Shown: positions 8,877-18,836, counted from the stretch's first letter. The stretch: 64,000 bases of DNA from an uncultured candidatus Brocadiaceae bacterium (GCA_964592385.1 CAZQEQ010000001.1:18236-82235); one strand, 5' to 3'. Notes: a model not told the origin generated them from the letters alone. A program made the numbers and translations.

Positions 8877-10316
8877 ATGGCCGACGGAAGAACCGATAGC
8901 ACGTTACGTGTCTTCGTTGTTGCGCCGAAGTCCGTAGCCGAACTCCTCCCCGACCAGGTGGCGGGCCGGCCTGTGGAGACTCTGCGTTGCAGCGGCCCGC
9001 AGGAGCTTTTCAGGAAGCTGACCGGTTCGGTCCCTGACGTCGTGGTGATGGACGCGGAGCACGCCGTCGGAGACGACAGCGCGCTGGAGCGCGTGCTCAA
9101 GCAGTACAGGGACCTGCCCGTCATCGTGGAGGCCGAGAGCCCGTCGGTCGATACGGTGGTGGACAGCATCAAGAGGGGCGCCGAGGACTTCATACCGCGC
9201 AGCAGGCTCTCGGACGAACTGCCCGACAAGCTCCTCCGGGCGGCCGAGAACCACCGGCTGATGATCAAAGTAAACCTGCTGCGGGATGTTTACGACAGGG
9301 GCAGCGGCAGGCTATGCGAAATGGTGGGCGTCAGCCCGGCGATGCAGGACGTCTACTCCAAGATAAAGAACATCGCCGCCACCAGCGCAACCGTCCTCGT
9401 GTGGGGGCCCAGCGGCACGGGAAAGGAGCTGGCCGCCGAAGCCATCCATACGCTGAGCGCGCGGGCCGCCGGCCAGTTCGTCACCGTCAACTGCGCCGCC
9501 ATCCCGAAAGACCTGCTGGAGAGCGAGCTGTTCGGGCACGAGAAGGGCTCGTTCACCGGGGCGACCCGCCAACACATCGGAAGCTGCGAGCGTGCCGACT
9601 CGGGCACGCTGTTCCTGGACGAGATATCCGAAATGGACCAGGGCCTTCAGTCGAAGCTGCTCCGGTTCCTGCAGGGCCATGCGTTCACGCGCGTCGGCGG
9701 CAGCGAAAGCATCAGCGTGGACACCCGCGTCATCGCGGCCACCAACAAGGACCCCTCCGAACAGATCAGGCAGGGCAACCTGCGCGAGGACCTCTACTAT
9801 CGCCTCAACGTCGTGCCGATCTACCTGCCCTCCCTGAAGGACAGGCGCGAGGACATCCCGGTGCTGTCCGAGCACTTCCTGCGCATGATGTGCGACAAGT
9901 ACTTCAAGTACTTCTACGACTTCTCGCCCGACGCCGTGCGGCTGCTGCTGGCCTACCCCTGGCCGGGGAACGTGAGGGAGCTGCGCAACACCATCGAGCA
10001 GATCGTCGTGCTGACCACCACCGACAGGGTCACTCCGGACATGTTCCCGGCCCGAATCAGGGAAGCGGCCGACGCCGCGTCCGTTGCCGACCTGGAAGTG
10101 GACCAGGCTCTGGAGACGATTCAGGGCGCCCTGCACACGCCTGCGGCGGCGGGGGCCGTGCCAGAAGAGGATATCGTGCCCTTCGCCGAAGTCGAGAAGC
10201 GGGCCATCGTGGCGGCCATCAGCAAGTGCAGCGGGGACATCAGCAAGGCAGCGCGCAAGCTCGGGCTCAGCCGCGGGACGCTCTACCGGAAGCTGGACAA
10301 GTACGGCATGCGCTGA
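8877..10316 (+). CDS. sigma-54-dependent transcriptional activator (NtrC/Fis family) with a degenerate receiver domain
   Basis: The AAA+ module has GPSGTGKELAAEAIH, ESELFGHEKGSFTGA (a GAFTGA variant), and LFLDEI. The C-terminus carries a Fis-type HTH (ISKAARKLGLSRGTLYRKL). The N-terminal REC-like fold lacks the acidic pair (VFVVAPKS). Confidence 0.9.
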   Translation: MADGRTDSTLRVFVVAPKSVAELLPDQVAGRPVETLRCSGPQELFRKLTGSVPDVVVMDAEHAVGDDSALERVLKQYRDLPVIVEAESPSVDTVVDSIKRGAEDFIPRSRLSDELPDKLLRAAENHRLMIKVNLLRDVYDRGSGRLCEMVGVSPAMQDVYSKIKNIAATSATVLVWGPSGTGKELAAEAIHTLSARAAGQFVTVNCAAIPKDLLESELFGHEKGSFTGATRQHIGSCERADSGTLFLDEISEMDQGLQSKLLRFLQGHAFTRVGGSESISVDTRVIAATNKDPSEQIRQGNLREDLYYRLNVVPIYLPSLKDRREDIPVLSEHFLRMMCDKYFKYFYDFSPDAVRLLLAYPWPGNVRELRNTIEQIVVLTTTDRVTPDMFPARIREAADAASVADLEVDQALETIQGALHTPAAAGAVPEEDIVPFAEVEKRAIVAAISKCSGDISKAARKLGLSRGTLYRKLDKYGMR

Positions 10317-10325
10317 CGCCGCGCT

Positions 10326-11432
10326 TCAGACCAGCGAGCAGAGCACTTCCACCCCCTCGTCGATGACGCTGTCATCCGCGGCGAAGGAAATTCGGAAGTG
10401 GGTGGCCCGCTCGCTGAACACGCTGCCGGGGATGACCAGCACGCGGTGCTCGATGGCCTTTCTGCAGAAGGCGTCTCCGTCCCCGCCAGGGGCCTCGACG
10501 AACGCGTAGAAGGCGCCCTGCGGCTTGCGCAGGTTGAACTTCCGCTTCAGCCCCTCGTAGAGTATCTGCCGCTTGGCCTCGTAAGCCCGCATGTGCAGGT
10601 CGTGCGACATGTCCATCGCGACCGACGCAGCGTACTGCGCAATGGAAGGGGCGCAGACGAAGGTGAACTGCTGGAGCTTCTGCATCTGCGCGATGATGGG
10701 CTCCGGACCGATGGCGTACCCCAGGCGCCAGCCCGTCATGGCGCACGACTTGCTCAGGCCGTTCAGCAGCAACACGTCTTCCGACAGTGAGGCGGGGCTG
10801 GGACACGGGCCGTCGTAACTGAAGGTGCGGTATATCTCGTCACTGAGGACGAAGACGTCGTTCCTGCGCGCCCACCTGACGATCCCGCGCATGTCCTGCT
10901 CGCCAATAACCGATCCTGTCGGGTTGCACGGGCTGTTGAGCACGAGGAACTTGGCGTCCGCCGCCCCGGCCTGCTTGAGGCGGTCCGCCGTCAGGCGGAA
11001 GTCCGGATACGTGTCCACGTAAACGGGCTCGCCGCCGAAGAGCCGGCACAGGTGTTTGTACATCACGAAGTAGGGGTCGGGGATTGCGACCTTGTCCCCC
11101 GGGTTGACCAGGGCCATGAAAGCGAGGAGGATGCCGCCCGACACGCCGCTGGTGATCAGCACGTTATCGTGCCGGATGCCGACCTGCCGCTTCTCATAGC
11201 GCAGCACGGCGTCCCGCAGCTCCTGAACGCCCTGCGTGACGGTGTACTTGTTGTGACCGGTCTCGATGGCGTGCATCGCCCGGGCCTTGATGGGCTCAGG
11301 CACGTCGAAGTCGGGCTGCCCGATGCTCAGGTTGACCGGGTCCCTCATCGACTTGGCGAGGTCGAAGACCTTCCGGATGCCCGAGGAATCAATCTGGCCC
11401 ATCCGATCGGCGATCAGATCGCTCACGTCCAT
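10326..11432 (-). CDS. pyridoxal-phosphate-dependent aminotransferase, class I/II (aspartate aminotransferase-like)
   Basis: Motifs LSIGQPDF, NSPCNPTG and the PLP lysine motif LNGLSKSCAMTGWRLGY. The ATG at 11432 follows GGGGAG; an alternative start lies at 11462. Confidence 0.88.
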   Translation of the reverse strand: MDVSDLIADRMGQIDSSGIRKVFDLAKSMRDPVNLSIGQPDFDVPEPIKARAMHAIETGHNKYTVTQGVQELRDAVLRYEKRQVGIRHDNVLITSGVSGGILLAFMALVNPGDKVAIPDPYFVMYKHLCRLFGGEPVYVDTYPDFRLTADRLKQAGAADAKFLVLNSPCNPTGSVIGEQDMRGIVRWARRNDVFVLSDEIYRTFSYDGPCPSPASLSEDVLLLNGLSKSCAMTGWRLGYAIGPEPIIAQMQKLQQFTFVCAPSIAQYAASVAMDMSHDLHMRAYEAKRQILYEGLKRKFNLRKPQGAFYAFVEAPGGDGDAFCRKAIEHRVLVIPGSVFSERATHFRISFAADDSVIDEGVEVLCSLV

Positions 11433-11474
11433 TCGATCACTCCCCGGCCTTGCGCGAGACACAACATGCCGGTG

Positions 11475-11729
11475 CTAATCCTCGCTTGACTCAGTCGCGC
11501 CACCCGGTTCGGCCCCTGCCGCTTCCTCGGCCTGCACTTCCTCCGGCCTCGAAGCGGCCTTTGGCGCCTTCGCCCTGGCCACCTTGACCTTCGGCAAGCC
11601 GAAGACCGAGTCCTCACCCTCGACCCACTGCTCATCATCACTGAGCTTTGCGAGTCGTTCGGTGCGGCTCAGGACGTTGCGGCGCCTGGCCAACCTGCCT
11701 CTTGATTTCAGGCTCTTGTCCAGCGACAT
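11475..11729 (-). CDS. small basic protein (resembles the conserved PVC-type small basic protein family)
   Basis: MSLDKSLKSRGRLARRRNVLSRTERLAKLSDDEQWVEGEDSVFGLPKVKV... The ATG at 11729 follows GGAGGAG. The family assignment is from memory only. Confidence 0.6.
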   Translation of the reverse strand: MSLDKSLKSRGRLARRRNVLSRTERLAKLSDDEQWVEGEDSVFGLPKVKVARAKAPKAASRPEEVQAEEAAGAEPGGATESSED

Positions 11730-11773
11730 AGTCTCCTCCGAAGAACGCGAAGACGGTTCAGGACGACAGGAGG

Positions 11774-12181
11774 TCACTCAGGGTAGCGCCAGCAGGCGGC
11801 GGACTGGAACAGCCTGTTTCCGCTGGGGCTCTGGAACTGCTGGACCCCGCGCAATAACTCGGCCAACTGTTCGGAGTCTCTATCCTCGAACCGACCGACG
11901 CACAGGGCCAACCTGCCGCCGCTCAGCTCAGCTATCCAGTAATCATGGCCCCCCGCCAGCGTCTGCATCTTCTCCATTGAAATCATGTCATCCGCCGTCG
12001 CTCGCTCCGAAGCCTCGAACTCCCAGAGCTTGACGGCGTAACATGGCGGCTGCCCGGCAACAGGCGAGACCGCGTTAAGCACCCGGCTGCTCTCTCGCCC
12101 GCCGAAGGCCGCTGTCAGCAGTATCCAGATCCCAACGCAGCCCACTATGGCAACCGATGTCCCGAAGACAAGCTTGCGCAT
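11774..12181 (-). CDS. hypothetical membrane-anchored protein
   Basis: MRKLVFGTSVAIVGCVGIWILLTAAF is an N-terminal TM/signal anchor, followed by a roughly 100-aa globular part. I recognise no family. The start could lie further upstream, up to 12370. Confidence 0.45.
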   Translation of the reverse strand: MRKLVFGTSVAIVGCVGIWILLTAAFGGRESSRVLNAVSPVAGQPPCYAVKLWEFEASERATADDMISMEKMQTLAGGHDYWIAELSGGRLALCVGRFEDRDSEQLAELLRGVQQFQSPSGNRLFQSAACWRYPE

Positions 12182-12566
12182 GCGTATCTCGCCTCCACTG
12201 TCCTCGGTGACGAGGCCCCAGCCGATGTCCTCCCTTTGAGTCTTTTGCCCGTTCGAGTCGCCTTCCCGCCGTTTTTCAGAACGTTCCCTGCGTGCTCTCA
12301 TCGTAGTCCTGCCTGCCCGTCCCTCCAGCGTAGTGGCAGATTCGAACACCCCTGCCCGGCGTCCCGGCATTATAGGCCAAAGTTTGACTCCAAGTCAAAT
12401 CAAGCGGCGGTCCGCTCCCTCGCCGTCTCGCAGCAACAGATGTAGCGCCACAAATGAGTCCGTACGCGCAGACGGGCGGCCGAAGGCAGAGGCGCCCCTT
12501 GCGCCGGCGCACGAGCCCCGTTAGACTCGCTCCCCTTGCGGACCCCCCGGAGCCCGGGCCCGAACC

Positions 12567-13490
12567 ATGCCGTTCGACACCACAGCCATCTCCGCCCAGT
12601 GCGCCACGGAGCTGCTGCGGCGCTTCCTCAACCGCACCATCACCGTGACCGGCCTCCGTCGCCTCCACGGCGGCATGGTCAACAGCGTCATCGAACTGAC
12701 CACGGACGGGCAGCCCGAGCTGGTGGTGGCCAAGCTCTCCGGCGAGCCCGGGCACTCGGGCTTCGAGTGGGAATCCCGCGTGCTCGACTGGTACCGGCGC
12801 AACACCGACTTCCCGGTCCCCGAGCCATACGGTTGTGACACGTCCGGGGACGTCTTCCCCGGCAGTTGCCTGATGATGGAGCGGCTGCCCGGCATAAACC
12901 TGGGACAGGCGCGCCTCTCTGGCGCCGGGCGAGACCGCGTCGAGCGCGAGATGGCCCGCATCATCGCGCGGCTCCACGAGCGCAAGCGGTCAACCTACGG
13001 CAGCGCGCTCGAACCCGAGCAGGACGGGGCCCCGCTCTGGCTGGACCGCTTCGGCCCACGCATCCGGCGCGAGTTCGAGTCCGTGGCGGACAGGCTGACC
13101 GCCGGGGCGCGCACCAACATCACCGCGGTGCTGGACGATCTCGAGGACTGGCTCCCCGACTTCGGCGACCCCACCCTGGTGCACGGCGACCTCTGGGCCA
13201 CCAACATCATCGTGGACCCCGCCGTGCCGCGCGTGACGGGCTTCGTGGACGGCGGCGCCGACTACTCGGAGGTCGAATACGAGCTCGCCTACCTGCTGGT
13301 GTTCCACACGGTCGGCGCGCCCTTCTTCCAGGAGTACACCCGCCACCACCCCCTGCGGCCGGGCTTCGAGACGCGTTGTCGCATCTACTGGCTGAACACC
13401 ATGTTACTGCACGTGCGCTACTTCGGCGACGCGCATTACGTCCGGGCCTGCGAGGGGCTGGCCCGCGAGCTGCCGAACCTGCGCCCATGA
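12567..13490 (+). CDS. phosphotransferase-family protein (aminoglycoside/fructosamine kinase-like)
   Basis: Catalytic-loop motif LVHGDLWATNII and the later FVDGGADYSEVEYELAY. The length of 307 aa is typical for the family. Confidence 0.8.
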   Translation: MPFDTTAISAQCATELLRRFLNRTITVTGLRRLHGGMVNSVIELTTDGQPELVVAKLSGEPGHSGFEWESRVLDWYRRNTDFPVPEPYGCDTSGDVFPGSCLMMERLPGINLGQARLSGAGRDRVEREMARIIARLHERKRSTYGSALEPEQDGAPLWLDRFGPRIRREFESVADRLTAGARTNITAVLDDLEDWLPDFGDPTLVHGDLWATNIIVDPAVPRVTGFVDGGADYSEVEYELAYLLVFHTVGAPFFQEYTRHHPLRPGFETRCRIYWLNTMLLHVRYFGDAHYVRACEGLARELPNLRP

Positions 13491-13521
13491 GTCCCCATCG
13501 GACGGCCGCGCGCCCGGGCGC

Positions 13522-15480
13522 TCACTCCTCCCAGCAGAGAGTCAGGAGCGAGAGCGCCGGGAGCCGCAGTGCCAGCTTACCGTTCTCAACTGCCGGCGCA
13601 CCGAAGGACTGATAGCGCGCGTCGGGCGTCGTCTGAACCGCCCTCACGGCGCGCAAGCCCGGCGGCAGGCCCTCCAGCACGGCGGGCCGGTCCGCGCCCA
13701 GGTTCGCCACGTGCACGGCGTACGCCGCCCGTCCCCCCTCCCCCGCGCCGCGAAAGGCCGTCACGAGCACGTCCGCGCTGTCGCTGCCCGTCCCCAGCGC
13801 CGCCGACGGCCGGGGCGTCAGCACGGCGTAATGCTTCACGAGATGGTAGCGCAGCGTGGGCGCCAGCTCGCCGTCCTGCTCCAGCAGGATCGGGTAGCTG
13901 CCCCCGTACTCCCACTCCAGGAGCACCTGCGGCTCGGCGTAGAGGAGCAGCTCCTGGTACATCCTCAGTTCCTCGACCGCATAGCGCAGCGTGTGCATGG
14001 AATGCTCGCCGCGATGGGCCATGGCGTTCCAGCCGAGTTCGGCGACGAACAGGGGCAGGTCATTGCTCCGGGCAAGGGCCGCCCAGGCGCGATAGGTCTC
14101 CGGGGCGGCGCCGCCCCAGGAGTGGAACGACAGGCCGCCCACGTACTGCCGGCCCTCCGGATCCTCCAGCAGCGGCTTTCCGTAGTCCACCTTGTCCCCG
14201 CGCGCGTTCCCGGTGTCCGCCGCCAGGATGCGCGTCTTCAGCCCGGCCTCACTTATGCGCCTGCCGATCACCTTGACGATGTCCCGGTAGTCGCCCGGGT
14301 CGCGGATCATCCCCAGGTCGGGCTCGTTGAAGCTGAACAGCGCCGGCTCGACCCCGTGCTCCCGGCGCAGGTACAGGAGGTAAGCCACGACGGACTCGGC
14401 CAGCTCGGGGGCGGCGGCGGGGTTGACGGGACCCTTGCCCTGCCCGCCGGCGGTCATCCAGGCGGGAACGCGCCAGACGGAGATGACGAATGGCACGTCG
14501 CGGGCGGCGATCTCCGTCGCCGCGCGCAGGTCGGTCTGGAGGAGCCATTCGCGCGCGTGCCTGCCCTCGAACGCCGGCCAGTTGATCTCCTCGGGGTCAT
14601 CGTTGTCGTTGCGCGGCTCCCAGGCGTCCAGCGACATCTGCGAACGCGCCCAGGCCGGCGATAGGTCGTCCAGCGTGCGCGGGGTCGCCGGCCCCATGGG
14701 CCAGTAGCAGTAGTTCCCCCCGAATCCCTCCAGGCGATACCGCTCCTGCGACGCGTCGAGCGTGAGGTGGACCGGCGACCGGTCGGCCTGCCCGGCCAGG
14801 CTCAGAAGACAGGCGAACGGCGCCTCCTGGCCGGCCTCCATCGGCCCCTGCCAGACCCAAACGAGCACGTCGTAGAACGGCTGAAGCCATCCCGGGCTGG
14901 CGTCCACGCGGACCTGCCGCTCGCGGTCCAGCGCGATCTCGAACGCCAGGTTCCCCGCGGCGTCCTGGAAGAGGAGGCGTTCCGCCTTCCCGGCCTTCAC
15001 GCGCCCTCGGCCCCCCGCCTCAGGCAGCGGGGCCTCCGACTCCCCCTCGGGCGTGACGAATCGGCACCGGCCCCCCGCGAAGACGACGGCGGGGACGTGA
15101 AAGCGATAGAACACTCCGTCCAGTTCCGCCGCGTCCTCAGCACGCACGCGCACGGCCAGTTCTGCGCCGTCCGGCCCCTCGCGGACGGTCTGTTCGTAAC
15201 GGAACTTCCCGCCGGCCAGCGAGAACCGGCCGGACCAGTGCCGTGCGCCTTCGGCTTCGCTGCGACTGACGTCCCGCAGGTCCGCCGGCCCGGCGTAGGG
15301 CCGCCAGTTCGGCGCGGCCGCCTGGAAGAACCCCTCGACGGGCACAAAGGCGCCGTCGTGGACCATCCCCCAGACCTGTCCCCCCGGGTCGGCGTCCACC
15401 CGCCACGTCGCGGCGCGGGCGAAGCCGCCGCCGAGCACCAGCAGCAACACGGCTACCTTCAACCGGGATATCGGGGACAC
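13522..15480 (-). CDS. secreted glycoside-hydrolase-like protein (clan GH-A-type TIM barrel, family unresolved)
   Basis: Signal peptide MSPISRLKVAVLLLVLGGGFARA. FSFNEPDLG is a candidate NEP acid/base motif and LFVAELGW a candidate nucleophile. Confidence 0.65.
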   Translation of the reverse strand: MSPISRLKVAVLLLVLGGGFARAATWRVDADPGGQVWGMVHDGAFVPVEGFFQAAAPNWRPYAGPADLRDVSRSEAEGARHWSGRFSLAGGKFRYEQTVREGPDGAELAVRVRAEDAAELDGVFYRFHVPAVVFAGGRCRFVTPEGESEAPLPEAGGRGRVKAGKAERLLFQDAAGNLAFEIALDRERQVRVDASPGWLQPFYDVLVWVWQGPMEAGQEAPFACLLSLAGQADRSPVHLTLDASQERYRLEGFGGNYCYWPMGPATPRTLDDLSPAWARSQMSLDAWEPRNDNDDPEEINWPAFEGRHAREWLLQTDLRAATEIAARDVPFVISVWRVPAWMTAGGQGKGPVNPAAAPELAESVVAYLLYLRREHGVEPALFSFNEPDLGMIRDPGDYRDIVKVIGRRISEAGLKTRILAADTGNARGDKVDYGKPLLEDPEGRQYVGGLSFHSWGGAAPETYRAWAALARSNDLPLFVAELGWNAMAHRGEHSMHTLRYAVEELRMYQELLLYAEPQVLLEWEYGGSYPILLEQDGELAPTLRYHLVKHYAVLTPRPSAALGTGSDSADVLVTAFRGAGEGGRAAYAVHVANLGADRPAVLEGLPPGLRAVRAVQTTPDARYQSFGAPAVENGKLALRLPALSLLTLCWEE

Positions 15481-15504
15481 TTCCGTTCCTCCGGGTGAGC
15501 GCGG

Positions 15505-16602
15505 CTACTCAACCTCCTCGATCTCGTAGTCCGACGAGCCCAGGCCCATCTCCTCAGCGGCGCGTATCTGGTCGTAGGGGTCCTTGCCCCATATCTGCTC
15601 CAGAAGGTGCCCCTCCCCCTCGCGCCGCTCCAGGTGGCCCGGCAGCGAACCCTCGATGAAGTCCTCCGCCCTGATCATATCCAGCGACGCCTTCTCAATC
15701 GGCATGATGCTCCGCGAGGCCATGATGCCGATGTCCGGCACGATGGGCGGCGTCGAGAACCCCCAGCAGTCGCAGAACGACGTGATGTCCAGCAGCACGT
15801 TGACGTAGAGCACGCTGGCCGGATCGAAATGCTTCAGCACCTCGCGCGCTACGACGGCCAGCCCGCAGTGGAAGTAGTAGATGTTCCGGTCGTCGAACTC
15901 GATCGCGTGCTCGGGACAGGCCATCACGCAGTGGTGGCAGTAGATGCAGTTGTGGAAGAATATCCCGAACTCGCCCTTCTCGTTGAAGCTCGCGGCCCCG
16001 GTGGGGCAGCCCTCGACGCACTGCCTGCACCCGGTGCAGGCCTCGGCGTCCCAGCGCAGTTCCTGGGTGACAAGCCGGTGGATGGCCGCGCGTGTCCGCG
16101 TGCTCACAGCGCCCATGCCCAGGTTCTTCAACGCCCCGCCGTAAGCGGCGTGCCCGTGCCCCTTGAAGTGGCTCAGGTCCACCATGGCGTCGGCGTCCAC
16201 GATGTTGCCGCACAACTCGACGTTCTCCAGCCCGCGGTAGTTGACCTCCTGGGTATAGAAATAGCGGTCATTGACGCCGCCGGCGGGAAGGAAGGGCGCC
16301 CCGATGACCTCCTCCGTGTAGCCGCGCGCGACGGGCGCGTGGAGGGCGGGCGTCCCGTCCGTGATGAACGGGTCGGCGCCGGCCTCCTTCAACTTCTGCA
16401 CCAGCAGGCGCACGAAGAGCGGATGGATCGTGGTGAACCCCACGTTCCCGCCCACGTGCATCTTGATGGCCGTCCGCTTCCCGTCGAACATCTCCTTCAA
16501 CGGGAACCTGTCGAGCATGCGCGTGAACTTCGCCGGCAGCGAGCCGCTCGCGCTGATTTCCTTCATCCTGATCGAAGCGAAATAGACTCTCCCATCCTGC
16601 AT
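15505..16602 (-). CDS. DUF362-domain iron-sulfur protein with a 2x[4Fe-4S] ferredoxin insert
   Basis: CTGCRQCVEGCP and CIYCHHCVMACP ferredoxin motifs within a DUF362-like frame. The ATG at 16602 follows GAGGACG; the ORF-track start is 16644. Confidence 0.8.
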   Translation of the reverse strand: MQDGRVYFASIRMKEISASGSLPAKFTRMLDRFPLKEMFDGKRTAIKMHVGGNVGFTTIHPLFVRLLVQKLKEAGADPFITDGTPALHAPVARGYTEEVIGAPFLPAGGVNDRYFYTQEVNYRGLENVELCGNIVDADAMVDLSHFKGHGHAAYGGALKNLGMGAVSTRTRAAIHRLVTQELRWDAEACTGCRQCVEGCPTGAASFNEKGEFGIFFHNCIYCHHCVMACPEHAIEFDDRNIYYFHCGLAVVAREVLKHFDPASVLYVNVLLDITSFCDCWGFSTPPIVPDIGIMASRSIMPIEKASLDMIRAEDFIEGSLPGHLERREGEGHLLEQIWGKDPYDQIRAAEEMGLGSSDYEIEEVE

Positions 16603-16747
16603 CACGAACGTCCTCACAAGAACAGGTGAATGCCCCGGGCTCAACGGGCGCTGTCAGGGCAAGCAAACCATTCTAACCTCGCGGCGAAGCGCTGCAAGGC
16701 GGGGCGGCAGAACGGGGCAAGCGGCGTGCCCCGCCGCTTGATTCAGC

Positions 16748-16777
16748 CGGTCGGTTTGGGGTACACTCGGCACACGC
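16748..16777 (+). promoter_or_regulatory. possible promoter of tRNA-Lys (TTGATT-N18-TACACT)
   Basis: Hexamers at 16748-16753 and 16772-16777, about 40 nt upstream of the tRNA 5' end. Confidence 0.3.
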
Positions 16778-16815
16778 GGCCACGCGCCGTCCCGGAGCGT
16801 GGTCTCCCGTCCTGA

Positions 16816-16892
<77 letters not shown>

Positions 16893-16893
16893 C

Positions 16894-17331
16894 CTAACTC
16901 ACTCCCGAGAAAAGCTTTACGACCTTGACCTCGGAGGCATGGGTGGCCTCCCGGCCGCCGTGGGTTGAATTTGGGGGTACGCCAGCTCCCGTTGCATACC
17001 GCAGGCGCATCTGCGCAGACCGCAGGACCTCCGGGAAAATGCCCGTGTAGTGTCGCAGCGTCGTCGTGATCGATGCGTGGCCGGCCAGCCTCTGAACCAC
17101 CGCCTGGTTAACGTCGGCCATGGCGAGTTGGCTGGCGAAGGTGCGCCTCAGGTCGTGGAGCGTGCACCGTTCGATACCTGACCTCCTCACGATCCGCTCC
17201 TCGTTGATGTCCATCCGGCAGATGCGGGCGTCGTACAGCTCGTCGAACGTGAACAGGTCGCGCACGAGTCCCGAGACGAACTTGGCGCTGCCTCCGCCGA
17301 TAAACGTGATCTTCTTTGCCACGGCCGTCAC
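16894..17331 (-). pseudogene. chimeric ORF: GH4-family N-terminal fragment fused to a tyrosine-recombinase C-terminal fragment
   Basis: Residues 1-45, KKITFIGGGSAKFVSGLVRDLFTFDELYDARICRMDINEERI, form a GH4 NAD-binding N-terminus. Residues from about 50 on, CTLHDLRRTFASQLAMADVNQAVVQRLAGHASITTTLRHYTG, form integrase box II (HxxR, GH, catalytic Y). Confidence 0.65.
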
Positions 17332-17466
17332 CTCTTAGGGTTCCGGTCCAACGCCGGGCATGTTACGGCACCGCCCGGGTGCCGACAACGTCCGGCCGCC
17401 GCAGGCGCGTTTGGCAACGGCGCACGCCTGTGGTAACCTTCGCCGTGCCCAAGAGGAGCGACGGCG

Positions 17467-18555
17467 TTGATCCCCTACGAAGGCAAGAGCCGCGGCGCGG
17501 TCAATTACCTGAAGGCCGTCTACTTCGACCACCCCGAGTGGACGCCCTGCGGCGTCAGCTTCCTGCCCGCCACGTGGATGAAGCACGGGCCGGCGCTGGA
17601 GGAGGTGGTGCTGTCGCACCCGCGCGTCTTCCCCGGTTACCGCAAAGGCTCCGTTGACTTTGCCTTCCCGGAAATGTGGCACCCGCTCTACGAGTTGGGC
17701 CGCCACACGGACTGCTGGGGCGTCGTGTGGGAGAACATCGCCCGCGGCTTGGACAGCCAGCCCGTCGTCCACCCGCTGGCGGACTGGGCCGCCTTTAACG
17801 AATGGAAGCAGCGCCTGCCCGACCCGATGCGGGACGGCTGGTTCGGGCCGCGGCCGGACTGGGAGGACGAGGAGAGCTCCCTTCAGGCTGCCAAAGACCG
17901 CGGCGAGCTGGCCTGGGGCGGCGGGCTCGCGCACGGGTTCTTCTTCATGAACCTCTACTACCTGCGCGGGTTCGAGAACCTCATGCTCGACCTGGCCGCC
18001 GCCGACCCCCGGCTCCACGAACTCATCGCCATCCTCGTCAGCTACAACGTGGCCGTCATCGAGAAGTACCTGGTCATGGGCGCCGAGATCATGTCCTTCG
18101 GCGAGGACCTTGGCATGCAGACCGCCCTGCCTGTCAGCCCCGCCATGTGGCGCCGGGTCGCCAAGTCGGCCTACGAGGCCATGTTCGGCCTCTGCCGTGA
18201 CCAAGGCGTGCCCGTCTACCTGCACAGTGACGGCCACATCCTGGAGATCATCCCCGACCTGATCGAGACCGGCGTGCGCGTCATCAACCCCCAGATACGC
18301 GCCAATGGCCTGGCCGGCTTGCAGGAGGTCGCCCGCGGCAAGGTGGCCATCAACCTGGACCTCGACCGCCAGCTCTTCCCCTTCGCCACGCCATCGGGGA
18401 TCGAGGAGCACATCGAAGAGGTATACGAGGGCCTCTACCTCGAGGAGGGCGGCCTGATGCTGCTGGCCGAGTGCGGGCCGGACGTGCCTTTAGAGAACGT
18501 GGAGGCGATCTGCCGCACTTTCGAGCGGCTCTGCCGCCTGCCGGAGCCGGGCTGA
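17467..18555 (+). CDS. uroporphyrinogen decarboxylase (URO-D) family protein
   Basis: 362 aa. FGEDLGMQTALPVSP and VYLHSDGHILEIIPDLIETGVRVINPQ resemble the URO-D/MtaA-like TIM barrel. The start codon is TTG. Confidence 0.65.
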   Translation: MIPYEGKSRGAVNYLKAVYFDHPEWTPCGVSFLPATWMKHGPALEEVVLSHPRVFPGYRKGSVDFAFPEMWHPLYELGRHTDCWGVVWENIARGLDSQPVVHPLADWAAFNEWKQRLPDPMRDGWFGPRPDWEDEESSLQAAKDRGELAWGGGLAHGFFFMNLYYLRGFENLMLDLAAADPRLHELIAILVSYNVAVIEKYLVMGAEIMSFGEDLGMQTALPVSPAMWRRVAKSAYEAMFGLCRDQGVPVYLHSDGHILEIIPDLIETGVRVINPQIRANGLAGLQEVARGKVAINLDLDRQLFPFATPSGIEEHIEEVYEGLYLEEGGLMLLAECGPDVPLENVEAICRTFERLCRLPEPG

Positions 18556-18836
18556 CCGTCCCGCCCGTTGAAGGAGGGACGCACGCGCCCCACATGCGCA
18601 GGTCGGAGCACGGGCGCCAGACGGCAATGTTTCACAAGTCCCCGAGAAGCCGCCCGCCCTTGACAGGGTGGATCATGACGATACCATCGTCCGGGCATCC
18701 CTGTCGGGGACCTACCGGGCGGACGGGGGGCGCCAGCGTGCGCGAAGGAACGCGGCACGGAGCGCGCAGCGCAGAAGCGTTCCGGCCTGTGGCTGCGCTC
18801 TCAGCGGCGACGCGATGATGAACGAGAGAGAGCGAG

